NCBI GenBank assembly: GCA_028534125.1
Contig: CM052817.1
Span: 26,042,001 to 26,106,000, forward strand
Source of the DNA: Lama glama
Taxonomy: Eukaryota
Direction of reading: 5' to 3'
DNA length: 64,000 bases
A program made the position numbers and the translations under genes. Of the stretch, positions 25,461-39,641 are shown piece by piece. The notes below the pieces were generated by a model, which ran no database searches, was not told the origin of the DNA, and saw only the letters and a program-made list of their open reading frames with translations. The stretch's first letter is position 1; each line of letters starts with the position of its first letter.

Positions 25461-27564
25461 AAAAAGCAAATACTGTCTCTTAGTTTTATTACTAAATAAT
25501 AGCTAAAAGTTGAGTGGTTACTTTGAACCAGACATTATCTCTCTTAATCTCTTTTAACAAACTTATTTTATGGTAGGTACTATCATATCTTCATTTTGTA
25601 GATGAGGAAACTGGGGAAAGGGGGAGGGCTAAATCCTAATGTAATAAATACAGTTGGCATGTGGCAAAGCTGGCATTTAAATACAGGTGGTCTCATTTCA
25701 GAGTCTGTACTCTTATCCTCGTTGCTATGTCATAATCTCTGACAGTATTACATAGACAAATCCCTGAAAATTATTACTCCACTGGGTAATAAAATTGGAA
25801 AATACAGATTTTAAAAGAATTCTTGATAAAGAAGCTTATAACTAGCTATTAGGTAAAACTAGATTATTTAAAGGTAGTCAAAGAATGGTAACTGTACCTT
25901 CTATACATTATCACTTACAGTGCCCCTCTTGAAAATAAAATGCCAGATTAATGTACAGACCAGAAGTGTAACCCCAAAGTCAATTCTTATATTATTCAAT
26001 TTGGAAAATGGGTCCCTTACTTTTTGATACTCTTCACAAGTAAAAGATTGTAAAGCTTCAGAGAGATAAACCTCAAATCACAAATTTACTAATGCATATT
26101 TCTATAAATAAAATAGGGATTAAAAAAATAGAAACAATTAATCAAACCAATAGGTGTTTTTTCCAAAGAGGAAATAAACTAATGCATATTTCTAGACAAA
26201 GCATTCCTGACCAAATGCCCACTCTGTTTTAAGATTCTCATCGTGATAATGTGGCTCCTAGTTCCCTATAACTGTTCTCCTAGCTTGGTTCCTATTGCAG
26301 CCTTTCCTTCCTGCATATTGCTACCAAAAAAGTCTGTTTAAAACACTGCTCTTAACACATCTCTGCTGACTAACCCAGTGACTCACTCTCCACTGGCTAC
26401 TGCTTCAACTGTGAACTCGTCAGCCTGACCTTTCCTCATATGATTTGGCCCTACTTATCTATATTACCTCTTACCATTTCACAAACTCAGTCCTTCTGGG
26501 GACTCATAATTTTTCCGTCTGGGTTAATATTACAACTAACTTCCACTTATTTAAATACATCCTACACCCCTCCCTCTTATGTAAAAAAATTTCCCTTTTC
26601 TCCACCCACTCTTTCCTTTCTTCTCTGGACTAATGTAGCATTCCTAGTTTGAAGGAATGATTTCCTATTTCTTATAATTACATCATTAACTTTTTAAGAC
26701 ATGAGATCATCTCACAGCACATCTGTGTTTGACTCTACCACCTCTTAGCTATACAATCTCTGTGCCTCCATTTCTTTACCTGTGAAATGAAAATACCACC
26801 ATCATCTCAGAGAGTAGTTGTGATGATTGAAATGGTTAGTATATTAACAGTTACACAGTGCCTGGTACACAGTAGGTACTCGATAAATATCAGCCATTAT
26901 TGATCTGTGCTCTAGCTGATCAGTATTAGGATCAACCAGAGCGCAGAAAAGACCAAGTGCACAGAGATCCTGATGTGAATAACTAGGACGGATAGGATGG
27001 TGAAGTGGGAATGAAAAAGGATCAAACACAAATGGTAACAGGATAAAAGATGCACAACACTTGGTGTCTGCCTGAATCGGTTATGGGAGGAGGAGGAAGA
27101 AAACGTTAAGGGTGCCTCTAAAATTTCTGTAGGGTAGTAGTATGTAGAATTCTACACTTACAAGGTTAAGTGGATGCAGTTTTCCTGATCTCCAAGGTTT
27201 GATAAGAACATTTCTCTTCTCTTTAATAACCCAAGACCCATTTCAGAATAAAAGATAATAGCTGAACCAATTAAAGTCGAACTTCTTGCTCACAGTCAGT
27301 GTTTTTCTGTTTATTGTAAATCCCACAAACTTAAGATTGGCTCTGGAGTGTACTTTCACATACTGTGAAGGTTATTAACAAAAAACTGGAAACAGACCTA
27401 AATGTCTGCCAATAGTGTGTGATTCAGAGATTATGGTAAATCTGTACAATGGAGTACTGTAAAGCTGAAAAACAATGTTGAGGGAAGTCTCCATGAGACA
27501 TGCTGTTTTTTGACAGAAAATAAAAAGCAGGTGAAAAACAAGTGTGTACAAAGAAAAGGGACAG

Positions 27565-27775
27565 GGAGTTTGGAATTTGCAGATATGAACTACTATATTT
27601 GACATAGATAAACAACAGGATCCTACTGTATAGCAGAGGGAACTATATTCAATATTTTGTAGTAACCCCTAATGAAAAAGAGTATGTGTGTGTGTGTATA
27701 ACTGAATCATCATGCTGTAAACCAGAGACTAACACGAGATTGTAAATCGACTATAATTTAATTTAAAAAAAAAGA
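27565..27775 (+). mobile_element. L1 3' end nested in an older L1M relic (~27370-27940)
   Basis: gggagtttggaatttgcagata...aaacaacaggatcctactgtatagca...tgtaaatcgactata(A)n. Confidence 0.8.
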
Positions 27776-28753
27776 AAGGGGGGCAAATAAGATATATTTT
27801 GCTTGTACATACATAAAGAAATTCTGCAAAGATACAAAGGCCAGTAATACCTAGAGATAGGACATGGGTAGATGGGAGAAAATGAGTAGGAAGACATTTT
27901 TTCACTATAAACTAATTAACTTCTTGATTTTTGAATCATACATAAAAAAATAAATTGAATTAGGCAAATAAAAGTAGCCCTAAAATATCTTGGGATTGGT
28001 GATACTGGGTATATGAACTGACTTGGACTTCTTGAAATATTCAAGAACAGATATGAATGGGATCACTGTAGGCCTTCTGTGATTATCCACAGTCCCTTAT
28101 AACAAGATCCACTTCTTCATGAGGTGTTAGAACAGATATGCTACCCCCTGACACCGCATGCAGCCAGTACAAACAGGTATCGGGAGCAGCTGTTTTAAAA
28201 TCAGCATAGAGAGGTGAATGGACCTTTAAATGATCTGGCCACTATGGTTTTTATTGTGATACCTTTTTGGCACTAAATATTCTAAATATTAATATAGTGC
28301 CAAATAATCTAAATATTAAAGGCAAAATCAGATGGGAGATATAAAATCTGTTCCCTCACTGCCTAGAAATTATTTGCCTTAAGAGGTAAATACCTTTTAC
28401 CCTATGGTGTAGAAAAATGTCAAACCATAAAAATGCAAAAGGACTTTATACACCAAAAATACAGTGTTCCATTTTGCTCAAAGGTTACGTCTCTGGTTAC
28501 AAGAAAAAAATGAGTATTTCAAATAAGATGTCAAATGGAATATTCACAAGGAAGCTATTAATCTAGCTAGACACCAAGAAGATGAAAAAGAAGGAGGCTC
28601 TGTGAGCTTGCCAGATCCTCAGGGATTATTTCTATAAACTTACATAGGCTTCCAGTGGGAAAAATAGAAACAGAGCAGGAGCGGAAGCGGACAATGTGCC
28701 AGGGGGCTTTAACCCTGTAATTTTGGGGTTGTATACAGTAATTACAATATCCT

Positions 28754-28978
28754 TGAATATATGTATGCTCATGTATAACTGAAAAATTGTGCTCTACACT
28801 GGAATTTGACACAACATTGTAAAATGACTATAACTCAATAAAAAAAGTTAAAAAATAAAACTATTTAAAAGAAGAAAACAAAAAAATTCTCACAATGAAC
28901 TAAGTATGCTAACATAGTCTGTCCAAAGAACTTGACTTTGTTAATAAATTTGTATACTTTGATGAAAAACAAAACAAA
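28754..28978 (+). mobile_element. Short L1 3' end followed by a 3'-transduced segment and a second A-rich tail
   Basis: L1 tail 28754-28860, unique DNA to 28964 with AATAAA at 28943-28948, tail from 28965. TSD ACAATATCCT at 28744-28753 / 28979-28988. Confidence 0.8.
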
Positions 28979-29296
28979 ACAATATCCTAAGTACATCTAT
29001 CCATCTTTTGTTTTACTCCAAAATTAAATTAGCAATGGAGCAGGTTTCTATACAACTCTTTATCTTAAAGACAGTGTTTCAGAAGAGTGAACAGACTTCT
29101 TCTACGTGGCTCTAGAGAACAAAACTGTGGGTGAATATAACAATAAAGTAGAATGCAGCTCAAGATAAAGAATTATGCAGTAACCAGATCTGCTACCAGA
29201 CTGCAACTAGATTCTGCTACCACATAAAGTAGTGAGCTCCATATTCTATTAAATCATCTCAAATACATGCAGCACACCATGACAGGCACAACGTAC

Positions 29297-29898
29297 TGTG
29301 ATACTGTGATATAATAAGAAATATATATTTGGTCTTCATTCTGGTTCCTGACACGTAACTGCTAGAACCCTTGGAATCTCCTAGTGATAAGGATGAGAGG
29401 AATGTAAAATTTTTTGTTACTCACAACTTTCAACCATACTTAAGTTTATGCTAATGAGGTGACTCTTAGTGGGCCCCATTCAGGATGGAGACTGGTTGCC
29501 AGAGCCTGACCAAGTGATTTGAGGGTTGGAAGGTTCAGCTCCACTCCTCAACCTCCAGGGATAGAGGAGGGGCTGAAGATCGAGTTATTCACAATGCCAA
29601 TGATTTACTCATTCATGGTATGGAATGGAGCCTCCATAAAAACCCTGAACAACAGGGTTCACAGACCTTCCTGGTTGGTGAACACATGGAGGAGCTGGGA
29701 GGGCGGTGCACCCAGAGATGACAGGTAAGCTCTGTACCTGCTCCCCTCATACCTTGTCTTACTCTTCCATTTGGCTGTTCCTGAGTTGCATCCTTTATAA
29801 TAAGCCAGTAATAGCAAGTAAAACGTTTTCCTGAGTTCTGTAAGTTAGTCTTGCAAATTATTGAAGAGAGGAGGTGGTTGTGGGGACCCCTAATTTAT
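29297..29898 (+). mobile_element. MER21-type ERVL solo LTR
   Basis: tgtgatataataagaaatatatatttggtctt...agtttatgctaatgaggtgactc...ggctgttcctgagttgcatcctttataataa resembles the MER21B/C consensus. Confidence 0.75.
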
Positions 29899-31778
29899 AT
29901 ATATACTTATGAAACAGCATAAGCTCATTGGTGAAAATTTAGAATAAACAGAAAAGTAATTCTATCACTCAGAGGAAACAATTTCTTAAACTACTTAAAG
30001 GCATAGCTGTCAAAAGGATTTCCACCAAATGTTAAAAGAACTGAGGGAAAAAAATGACCAATATAAGTAAATTAATATTCAAGCTCTAGAGTTTTGCCTT
30101 TATATTGAGGTGAAGAAGTAAAATTCCACTCACAGAAATAAGTGTATATTTGGCTTACAAGTGGGGCTGGCTCATGGGTCACAAATACCACAAGTACAGC
30201 AAACACTTGTTTTCCCATAAGGAGTTCAGTAAGATTATTTTCAACTAGAAAAACAGGTTTTAGCTTTACTGCTGAGGCAAAAATTTGAGCTGCTTATTAG
30301 AGGGCACACTATAGATGAATGACCACCACTGAAGAAGCAACATAAAAAATGTGGAATGGGGGAACCACCATCCACCACCCCCAAAAACTAATGCAAAGTC
30401 TGCATATTACTTTCTTGTCCAGAGGCATGTAATTATTACCTTGTTGCACCAATGGACTACATTGTGACAAAATTTCTACTTTGGGTCAGGCCCTGTACTA
30501 GCTTCTATTTCTCTAAGTTGTTATATTTACAGAATTTGATGGGATGTCCAGTTCACATAGTAATAACAGTAATTAATAATGCAATAACAAGCCCCTGTTT
30601 AAAGACACTTAACTGTGTTGGTTTTAGTTTTGTACACATAATTAAGTGGCACCTAGCGTTAGAGATGTGAACTATAAATAACTAGCCTATTAATAAGTGC
30701 AATTTGGCAATATGTCAAAAGCCTTAAAATGTGCAAAGGGATGTTTTTTCAAGTATTTTTCATAACAGAAAAAATATATCAGCAACCTAAGATTCCAACA
30801 AAAGGGAATTATTTAAACATTATGCATTGCCATAATGAATTAGTATTCAGTTGGTAAATATTTTTAAGGTTAATATATGTTGATATATTCACAATAAGGT
30901 AGTGAAAAAGAACACACACAAAGTGATCTCACTTTATAAAGTATATATGAAACCTAGTTGTGCCAGGCTTCACCATCCTGTGAATGTCATACTTCCATTA
31001 TTACAGTCAAATTATTATGGTACAAGACTGGATTGGCTATTATTTCCCCTCGAGATACCCCTCATGTTATTTCCTCCTGAAAAAGGATGCCTTATATAAT
31101 GGCCTCCAAGTCTGTCAGCTACATTCACCATGTGGGATCCATCTTCCTGCTCTGATTCTCACGTCACCATCACCACTGCCCATAAAGCCAGGTGGAGAAA
31201 CCTCCTTACTGCCCATGCCCTCCTGAGAATGCTAACGTCAGAGCCGAAGGAATGACTCTAATGTCTCCCTCCCAAAGCTTTCCAACTTTGGGGAAAAATG
31301 GCCTCCTTCCTTTGCTCACAAGTTTTCAGAGCTGCTGATGAATGCAAATAGATGCTAGGGAAAGCATGAGGGGTTTGCGCTAGTAGCCTCGATGTTCAGT
31401 TCAACCAGCCAAAAGTGCCCTGTTCCACATATACTTGCCTCCAAAAAGGTCTAGAAGGGTTTACATCAAGTTGTCAGCAACAGTGGTCATCTTTTAGTAT
31501 TCTGGAAGTTTTTCCTTTTCTTTTTTTAATCTGTGAATTCATAACTTTATTCAATCAACGGGTTTTGTTTTTGAGGCAGGACCAAAAAAATCACAAGTTT
31601 TTAAGTTAAAGATTAAATATTTAAACAGGAAATACATTACTGAGAACCATTTCCTTAAAGGGAAAACTAATAATTTAAGAATTATTAGTAAGAATAATTT
31701 CTGGCAAATATTCAGTCATATTCTGGTCTCTAACTCTGCCCCCAATGTCAAGTCTCCATCTGTCCCATCATTACTTAC

Positions 31779-31827
31779 ATTCCTGAAGACATTCTGTGTC
31801 TGTGCAGTAGGACTGGGACTGCCTCAA
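31779..31827 (-). CDS. SMIM14: SMIM14 second coding exon (49 nt)
   Basis: Translates LRQSQSYCTDTECLQE plus 1 nt. Acceptor ttattcattgtag|TTG; donor GAAT|gtaagt. Phase 0 in, phase 1 out. Confidence 0.96.
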
Positions 31828-32084
31828 CTACAATGAATAAAAAAAAGGAAAGTTAGCCATTGGACTTAAGCAAAAGTGGATACTATTTAATAGAAAGATC
31901 ATGTTTTGTTTTTTAATGAATGCCATACTTTCAAAATCAGATGAAAACACAGAATACACAAAGGAGCTGTTCAGTTTAAGGGCATTCTTTTCTCCTCAAA
32001 GTAATATTCAAATATACTGGAATCTAGTGCAATTCATCCATTTTAAACAGGAATTTTAAAAAAATCACCTGAGACAGATCTAAC

Positions 32085-33119
32085 TAACAGCTCACACAGC
32101 TCAATGTCAAAAAAACAAACAATCCAATCAAAAAGTGGGCAGAAGGCCTAAATAGACATTTCTCCAAAGAAGACATACAGATTGCCAACAGGCACATGAA
32201 AAGATGCTTAACATCACCAATTGTAAGAGAAATGCAAATCAAAACTATAATGAGTTATCACCCTCACACCAAAGGACAGAATCAAAATTAGAATAGTCAT
32301 CAAAAAGTTCACAAATAATAAATGCTGGCGAGGATGTGGAGAAAAGGGACCCTCCTACACTGCTGGTGGGAATATAAACTGGTGCAGCCACTATGGAGAA
32401 TGGTATGGAGGTTCCTTAAAAAACTAAAACTAGAGTTACCATATGATCCACAATCCCATTTCTGGGCATCTATCTGGAAAAGATAAAACTAATTCAGAAA
32501 GATACATGCCCCCAATGTTCACAGCAGCATGATTTACAACAGCCCACAGAAGCAACTTAAATGTTCACTGACAGATGAATGGATAAAAATTATGTGGTGT
32601 ATACACGCACACACACACAGGAATACTCAGCTATAAAAAAAGAATGAAATAATGCCATCTGCAGCAACAAGATGGATCTAGAGATTATCATACTAAGTGA
32701 AGTAAATATCATATGATGTCACTTATATGTGGAATCTTAAAAAATAATACAAATGAACTTGTTTACAAAACAGAAACAGATTCACCAACATACTTACAGT
32801 TACCAAAGAAACAAAACAAACTTATAGTTAACAAAGGGGAAAGGGGAGGATAAATTAGGAATTTGAGATTAATAGATACTACTACATATAAAATAAACAA
32901 CAAGGACCTACTGCATAACACAGGGAATTATATTCAATATCCTGTAATAACCTATAATGGGAAAGAATATATATATATATATATGTATGTATGTATATAT
33001 ATGTATATATATATATGTATATGTGTATGTGTGTATAACTGAATCACTTTGCTCTACACCTAAAACACTGTAAATCAACTGTACTTCAATAAATTAAAAA
33101 AAAAAGAAAGAAAAAAAAG
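32085..33119 (+). mobile_element. 5'-truncated L1 (~1 kb) with an internal (TA)n/(TATG)n tract at ~32967-33035
   Basis: aatagacatttctccaaagaagacatacag, ggagaaaagggac...ctgctggtgggaat (ORF2 C-terminus), L1 3'UTR and poly(A). Confidence 0.92.
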
Positions 33120-33546
33120 ACCCTGGGCAAGTTCTTTAACACTTCTAAGCTTTAATTTCTGGTAAATGAGGATAATACTATCTTTATCTGAGTACTAGTG
33201 AGAATTAAAATACTTAACACATGTGAAATGTAGTAACAATACAAGAAAGAAGAAACATTAGCTACTATTATTACTGTGTCATACAAATTATGATCTCATC
33301 TAAAACAATTACTGGAATTAACAACAGAACAAATCATTTTATAAATTTTGTTCCCTGTGATGATCAGGCTTGCTTTGGTACATACCACTAAAAGTAGTTC
33401 TATTTGAATTAAAATGGAAAAACTTTAATTTTGGAAGCTTGTGAATTAGATTAGATCCTAATTAATATAAAATATGCTGGCTATCTTAACCTTTTCTAAA
33501 TATGAAAAGAATCAATCTAAAAACACTTTAAAAATTATATATTCTA

Positions 33547-34180
33547 TGGCTATTATCAAAAAAACAATAAATAACAAGTGTTGGTGAGGATGTGGAGAAA
33601 AGGGAACCCCTGTGCACTATTGGTGGGAATGTAAATTGGTTATAGCCACTATGGAAAACAGTATGGAGGTTCCTCAAAAAATTAAAAATTGAACTATGAT
33701 TTGATCCAGCAATTCCACTCCTGAGTATTAACCTGAAGAAAACAAAACCACTAAATCAAAAAGATACAAGCAAACTCATGTTTTGTGCAGCATTATTTAT
33801 AACAGCCAAGACTTGGAAATAACCTAAGTGTCCACTGAAGAATGGATAAAGAAAAAGAACACACACACAGGAGTACTGTTTAGCCATAAAAAAGAATGAA
33901 CTCTTGCCATTTGTGACAACATGGATGGACCTAGAGGAAGTTATGCTAAATGAAGTAAGTCAGACAGAAAAAGATAAATACCATATGCTTCTATTTATAT
34001 GTGGAATCTAAAGACAAAAAACTCATGATTATAGAGAACAGACTGGTGGTTGCCTGGGGCAGGGGAAGGAGGGTGGGTGAAATGGGTGAAGGGAGTTAAA
34101 AGGTACAAATTTCCAGTTATAAAATGAATAAGTTATGGGAATGTAATGGACAACATGGTGACTATAGTTAATAATACTGT
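33547..34180 (+). mobile_element. L1 fragment (L1MA-like) truncated at both ends and bounded by an 18-bp TSD
   Basis: aacaagtgttggtgaggatgtggagaaaagggaaccc...gtgactatagttaataatactgt. TSD TAAAAATTATAYATTCTA at 33529-33546 / 34181-34198. Confidence 0.88.
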
Positions 34181-37100
34181 TAAAAATTATACATTCTAAA
34201 GAAATAGAAAAAAAAAAGGCTACGAGACCTTGGGTCACAGATCGGACCTAATGAACCTCCTATGTGCATATATTTTGTTTAGGTTTTATTAATTTATTAG
34301 TTCTCCCCTGATAAGTAATATGTGTACATAGTACAAAATTCAAAAGTACACTGTATGCAAGGTAAATATCTCACTCTCTCCTGTCCTTCAGCCACCACAG
34401 TACTCAGATTTTTTGTGTATCTCTCCAGAAATGTGAGATTTTTACATGCATATATATCTTTTCGCATTACTCCTCTACCTCTAAGTAGCAATGTAGAGAA
34501 TATAAAACAAGAAGAGATTAAGTAAAAAGGTTCTTGGATTAAATAAGAACTACCTAATTACTTAAGATATCAAATAAGGAGTAAAAATAACTTTCCTGGG
34601 TTTAATCTTTAGCAATGACATAGCATATCCCAAAACCTACAGCTATAATTGAAATGATCAATGAATTATCAGTTCATTGTACATTATGTAACTCAAATAC
34701 CAGCCCTGGCTTTCAGCTATAGCTCTACTTAAAGTGCTGCCCTTTTCTTGGGGTCTGACTTTCTGGCTATTTGTAGCTCAACATACCTAACAAATAACAT
34801 GCTTTCCATGTGAAAAGCCTCTAAATCTTCATAGATCCATTTTCTCACAAATCTACTTCCATACAGGGCCATATCAGCAGCTCTAGGCTTCTTCCTCATG
34901 CCACCATCAACCTCATGCTTTTCCAGTGTGGGTTAACCAGATAAGATGCTCACTGGGTTCTGTTTTCTCTTCCCTGTGACTCTGCAGGTCTGGGTTTCAC
35001 CCCGTACCTTTGTAGTGGATTTGTGGACTATAGTAAGGGCCACCAAACTACAACCTGCAGGCTGGAGGCCTATTTTTATAAAGTTTTACTGAAACATAGC
35101 CACACCCACTTATTTACTTATCATCTGTTGCTGCTTTCACTACAACAGCTGAGTTTAGTAGCTGCCATAGAGACTCTAAGTTTAAAATATTTACTGTCTG
35201 GCCCTTAAACCACTCAACACTACTGATAAGGATACCAGTTAAAGATACTGAGGACATACTCATGAAATAAGAGAAAAAACAAGTATTTCTGTGTAGCTAT
35301 ATAAAAATGTTCATTTAGAAATGTGAGATGCCCATTAATTATGTATAGTTACAATGCAACAATCATTCACGTATTTATTCAAAATGTTTACTAAATGCCT
35401 ACTATGTGCCAAATATAGTTCCAGGAACTGAGGATAAGGTGTAAAAAAGACCAATTCTCTACTCTTATGGATCATATAGTCTTGTGGGGGAAATCAGGCA
35501 ATTAACAAATATAAAAATGTCAGAGAGCCATGTAGAGAACGAAAACGGGATGGCATACAGTGGCAGTCCAGTAGCCACTTTAAATTAGGCTGACAGAGGC
35601 TGTTAACACTTAAGGGACTATCTACACGATAGTAACAGTAAAGGTCTGGAGGTTGAGCATGCCGGGCATTCCTGGCAGAGTAAACAACTAGGAAAGGCCC
35701 CTAGATGAAAAGGTGGCTATGAACTGATGTTGAGGAACCACAAAGCCACTGTAGCTGGGGCACAGAAGCCACATTATTTAGCCGCTGTGTTCAGTCAACC
35801 TCAGAACCAAATGCTCTCTGTATATGCTCAAATCAGTACAGTTTGCTGTTACTGTCATTAGTCTGACTGCCTCCAAGTCTAAGACATATAGCAGACACCT
35901 ATTGTTTCATCAATGTGTGACAGGAACACTTTGTATCTTATCAGAAATACATTTAAATAGAGATATATTTTAATGATATAGTAAAATTTATATTAATTTT
36001 TATTATAATTTATGTTACATTATAATACAAATAACATTACAGAATATTTAGAAATTAATGTGGATTAATTCTCTGCCATAATACAATTATCATTATTATG
36101 TTTTCTAGTCTTAAAATGTGCACATTTTCAAATAATTACAATTATAATAACAAATATTTATTGGGAACTTGTATGTGGTAGGTACTACACTAATAACTTT
36201 ATAACTTATTTAATCCTTACATCCACTGGCAGAAGGCAGGTGCTATTATTTCTACTCTATGGATAAAGAAACTTGGGTTTGGGGGAGGTTAGCTAACATA
36301 TCCAATACTAACCCTGAAGTCTAAATTTTTAATCACAATTTTACTCTACAATGTATAATTTTGTATCATAATTTTAGTTAACATATCATTAGCATAAAAC
36401 ACTGAGTCACCAACCACAATTCTGAGTGGTTACAAAATACTCCAGTGAGTTGATATAACTGAACTGAAGCAAATTCAGAGTAAAGTGAAAATAATCATAG
36501 ATACAGTTACCTAACAGTCTTTAAGATTAACACAGCCAATGTCTTCCTTCAGCACTAAAAAAGATCTCTTTTCCCTTTGGGACTATGATAAAAAAAAACA
36601 GTAATGTACAATTTGTCCTGCTATACAAGTTTCTAGAAAATTAATTAATCCACATACAACTGGTAAATATACAAATTATGTCAGTTTAATGTAGTAACTG
36701 TATTGGTACATAAGTGATTTTTCCTGGGTAAGAGGAGTCAGAGTAGGAGGCCAAATTATGACTTTGAGCAGGAAAGGCCTTACTCAAGCCATGCACCTCA
36801 GTTTTCTCTTGACTTATTTGGAGAATATAGTGGGGACTATTGATGCTGATTTTGGCTACTTTAAAAGGAAACCATTTGTGAAAACAAACAATTAAAAGGA
36901 AATGAAGAATAACATGTGAAGGACACAGGCATGGCAGAATCTATAAACTTCAAATATGCTCTGTATTACAGTGGGGTGGGGGGAACCACATGTGGACTAC
37001 CTAAATCCAATAGCTGCTGTCCAGGTAAACTTTCATGTTAAACACTGACCCCAGCATCCCAGGGAAGAATTAAAAATAGATTCGGATTTCCTCACCTCAT

Positions 37101-37473
37101 CAGGATGGTTATGGAAAGTTTTTTAGATGAGTTAGCATTAAAATCACACAGACAACATAGTATGAGTAGAATAAATGTTTTTCTTCATTAGAGAAAAAGG
37201 CAGAAGACAGAGGTTAAAAGAACACGAGTCTTGGCATGGAGATTTCATGTTAGGCAAAATTGTAGAACCTAAAATAATCTCTTAGGATATCCAGGAAGCC
37301 TAATATAGAACCTTGGCTGTCAGAGACTCATGGAGAAAACATAGATCAAAGAGAAGATTCTAATGACAAAAAACAGATAAATGAACTTCTACAAGGCATC
37401 TTACCTTGGAGAAATTCTTTCAAAAAAATTACAAAAAACAGAAAGTCTCTCTTTGGAGTTACCAAAATGTACC

Positions 37474-37850
37474 TGCTATGGGTGTTTGTGCCCCTTCCCC
37501 CATATTTGAATTTTAGAGCCCTAACCCCCAATGTGATGTAATATGGAGGTGGGGTCTCTGGGAGGTGATTATGTTTAGATGACATCATGAGAGTAAAGCC
37601 ACCATGATGAAATTAGTGCCCTTGTAAGAGGGAGAGACCAGAGCTCTTGTTCTCTCTGTGCCTTGTCAGGATACAGCAAGAAGGTAGCTGTCTGCAAACC
37701 ATGAAAAGAGTCAAATCACCAGAAACCAAATCTGGCAGCACCTTTTTCTTGGACTTCCCAATGCCACCAGACCTGTGAGAAATCAGTGTTTGCTGTTGAA
37801 GCCACCCAGTCTGTGGTGTTTTGCTGTAGCAGCCTGAGCTAACTAAGACA
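37474..37850 (+). mobile_element. Complete MLT1A-type MaLR solo LTR
   Basis: TG...CA termini, perfect 5-bp TSD GTACC (37469-37473 / 37851-37855), MLT1A motifs (ccctaacccccaatgtgatg, aagccacccagtctgtgg, actaagaca). Confidence 0.9.
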
Positions 37851-39290
37851 GTACCTAGACAAGAACTTATTTGCTATTTTTCTACGTCTGATGCTCAAGA
37901 ACCACATGTATATTGAAGGTGCTTTCTTTCTCATGGATCTACCTGTGGACTGGTAAACAGTGTGGTACAGAACAGCGATTAAAAGGAGAAGCTCTAGAGT
38001 CAGAGGTACCTGGTTTCAAATTCTGTCTCTGTTACTTTCTCAGGCAGAGTTTCAAACTATAAGAGAGATAAATAACCTGTCATCAACCTTACTGTCATTG
38101 TGAAGGTTAAGTGACATAACTAAACATATATATAATTAAATATATAATATATATAAAACACTCAATTCATGGCCCATAGGATGTTTTCAGATCCTAGCAA
38201 CATGCAGGCTGCCTGTTTATATAAATAAGCCTCTTCAAATTTATCACTACTATTTTTTCAAAAAGTGAAATGCCAAAGCCAACAACAAAAAAGTACTTTT
38301 AAAATCAACGGTTAAACAGTTGGTCGATGTCCTCTCTGACCACACCACACACAGCTCACGGTCATAAGGTTGGCCTGAAATAACCTTAGACTGCCAAAAC
38401 CTATCTCTACCTAATTTTTAATGCTGCACAGAATTTCATTTAATTGCATCATCTTTAATTTTGTATATGAAAAATAAGTTGTAGTGAATCTTCTTATAAG
38501 TATATTCTTACACATTTGATTAATCTCTTTAGGGTAAGAAAAGTTGCTAGAATGAAGGTATGTACACTCTAAGTTTTGATATACAATGCCAAATTATGAG
38601 GAGAGGAATTTTAAAGAAATGACAAAATACGAAGATAGTATATTCAAATAAGTTTTCCTGTGTGGAAAGTCCAGTGTTTCAACTGGGAGACAGCTAGAAC
38701 CTAATATATCTGATCACATTTAGTCTTAATGACTAAGTAGCATCTCTACATATTTTCTTACAACATTAACAAAAGTAACTTGGAAAGACCACAATAATCT
38801 ATGCACATTTAAGGCATAGGCTGAGAATTCTGAAAATACTTTTTGAACATCTAACACTAATAGGTTGGGCTAGTTTGCCCAAATGATATGCATACACTCT
38901 CCCCAATCATACAAAAATACCTTCTGAATTTGAGTTTAATATATTGAACCAAAAATCATCACGTGATTTGTGACCACTGATTAGACAACAACAGAACTTT
39001 TATATACTATACCCCTATGGTACAGTCTATTTTGATTATACATAAAGATACAGATTTAGATACATTACTGTCCACAAACCCAATGCAACCCCGGGCCAAG
39101 TGAGCAATAACAGACATGCAATGGGATGGGTCAGTAGGGGGGAACAGGAAGAAAGACTGACATTTTGGTCTGTATTTCTACATTATTTCAAGTGTCCATA
39201 ATTTAGATATTCACATATTACATGTGCTATTAAAAGAAAAGACAATATTGCAATACCATGACACTGGTAAAAATGAGGCTGACTTTGATT

Positions 39291-39641
39291 TGCTGTTAGG
39301 AATTGAATATTTTAATCTCCTCAAAATTCACATTATGAAATTCTAACCCCCAGTGTTATGGTATTAGGAGGTGCCTTTCAGGGGTGATTAGGTCATGAGG
39401 GTAGAGCCCTCACGAGTGGGATTAAAGTCTTATAAAAGACATCCCAGAATGCTCTCTTGCCCTCTTTCCACCATGTAAGGATACAAGATCCACAACCTGG
39501 AAGAAGGCTCTCACCAGAATCCAGCCATGCTGGCACCCTGATGTTGGGCTTCCAAACTCCAGAACTGTGAGAAAAAAAAATTTCTGTTGCTTATAAGCCA
39601 TCCAGTCTACAGTATTCTGTTTTAGAAAACTGAAGTAAGAA
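39291..39641 (+). mobile_element. MLT1A-type MaLR solo LTR
   Basis: ctaacccccagtgttatggtattaggaggtg...gccatgctggcaccctgat...ccagaactgtgaga...ataagccatccagtct. Confidence 0.85.

Noticed and set aside
28266..28304. Hairpin TTTGGCACTA...TAGTGCCAAA
   Set aside because: A 10-bp stem in AT-rich intron; too short for a pre-miRNA and without further support.
28550..28743. Purine-rich segment upstream of the L1 tip as a 5' chimeric partner
   Set aside because: The exact TSD places the insertion boundary at 28753, so this segment is host flank; no recognisable gene similarity.
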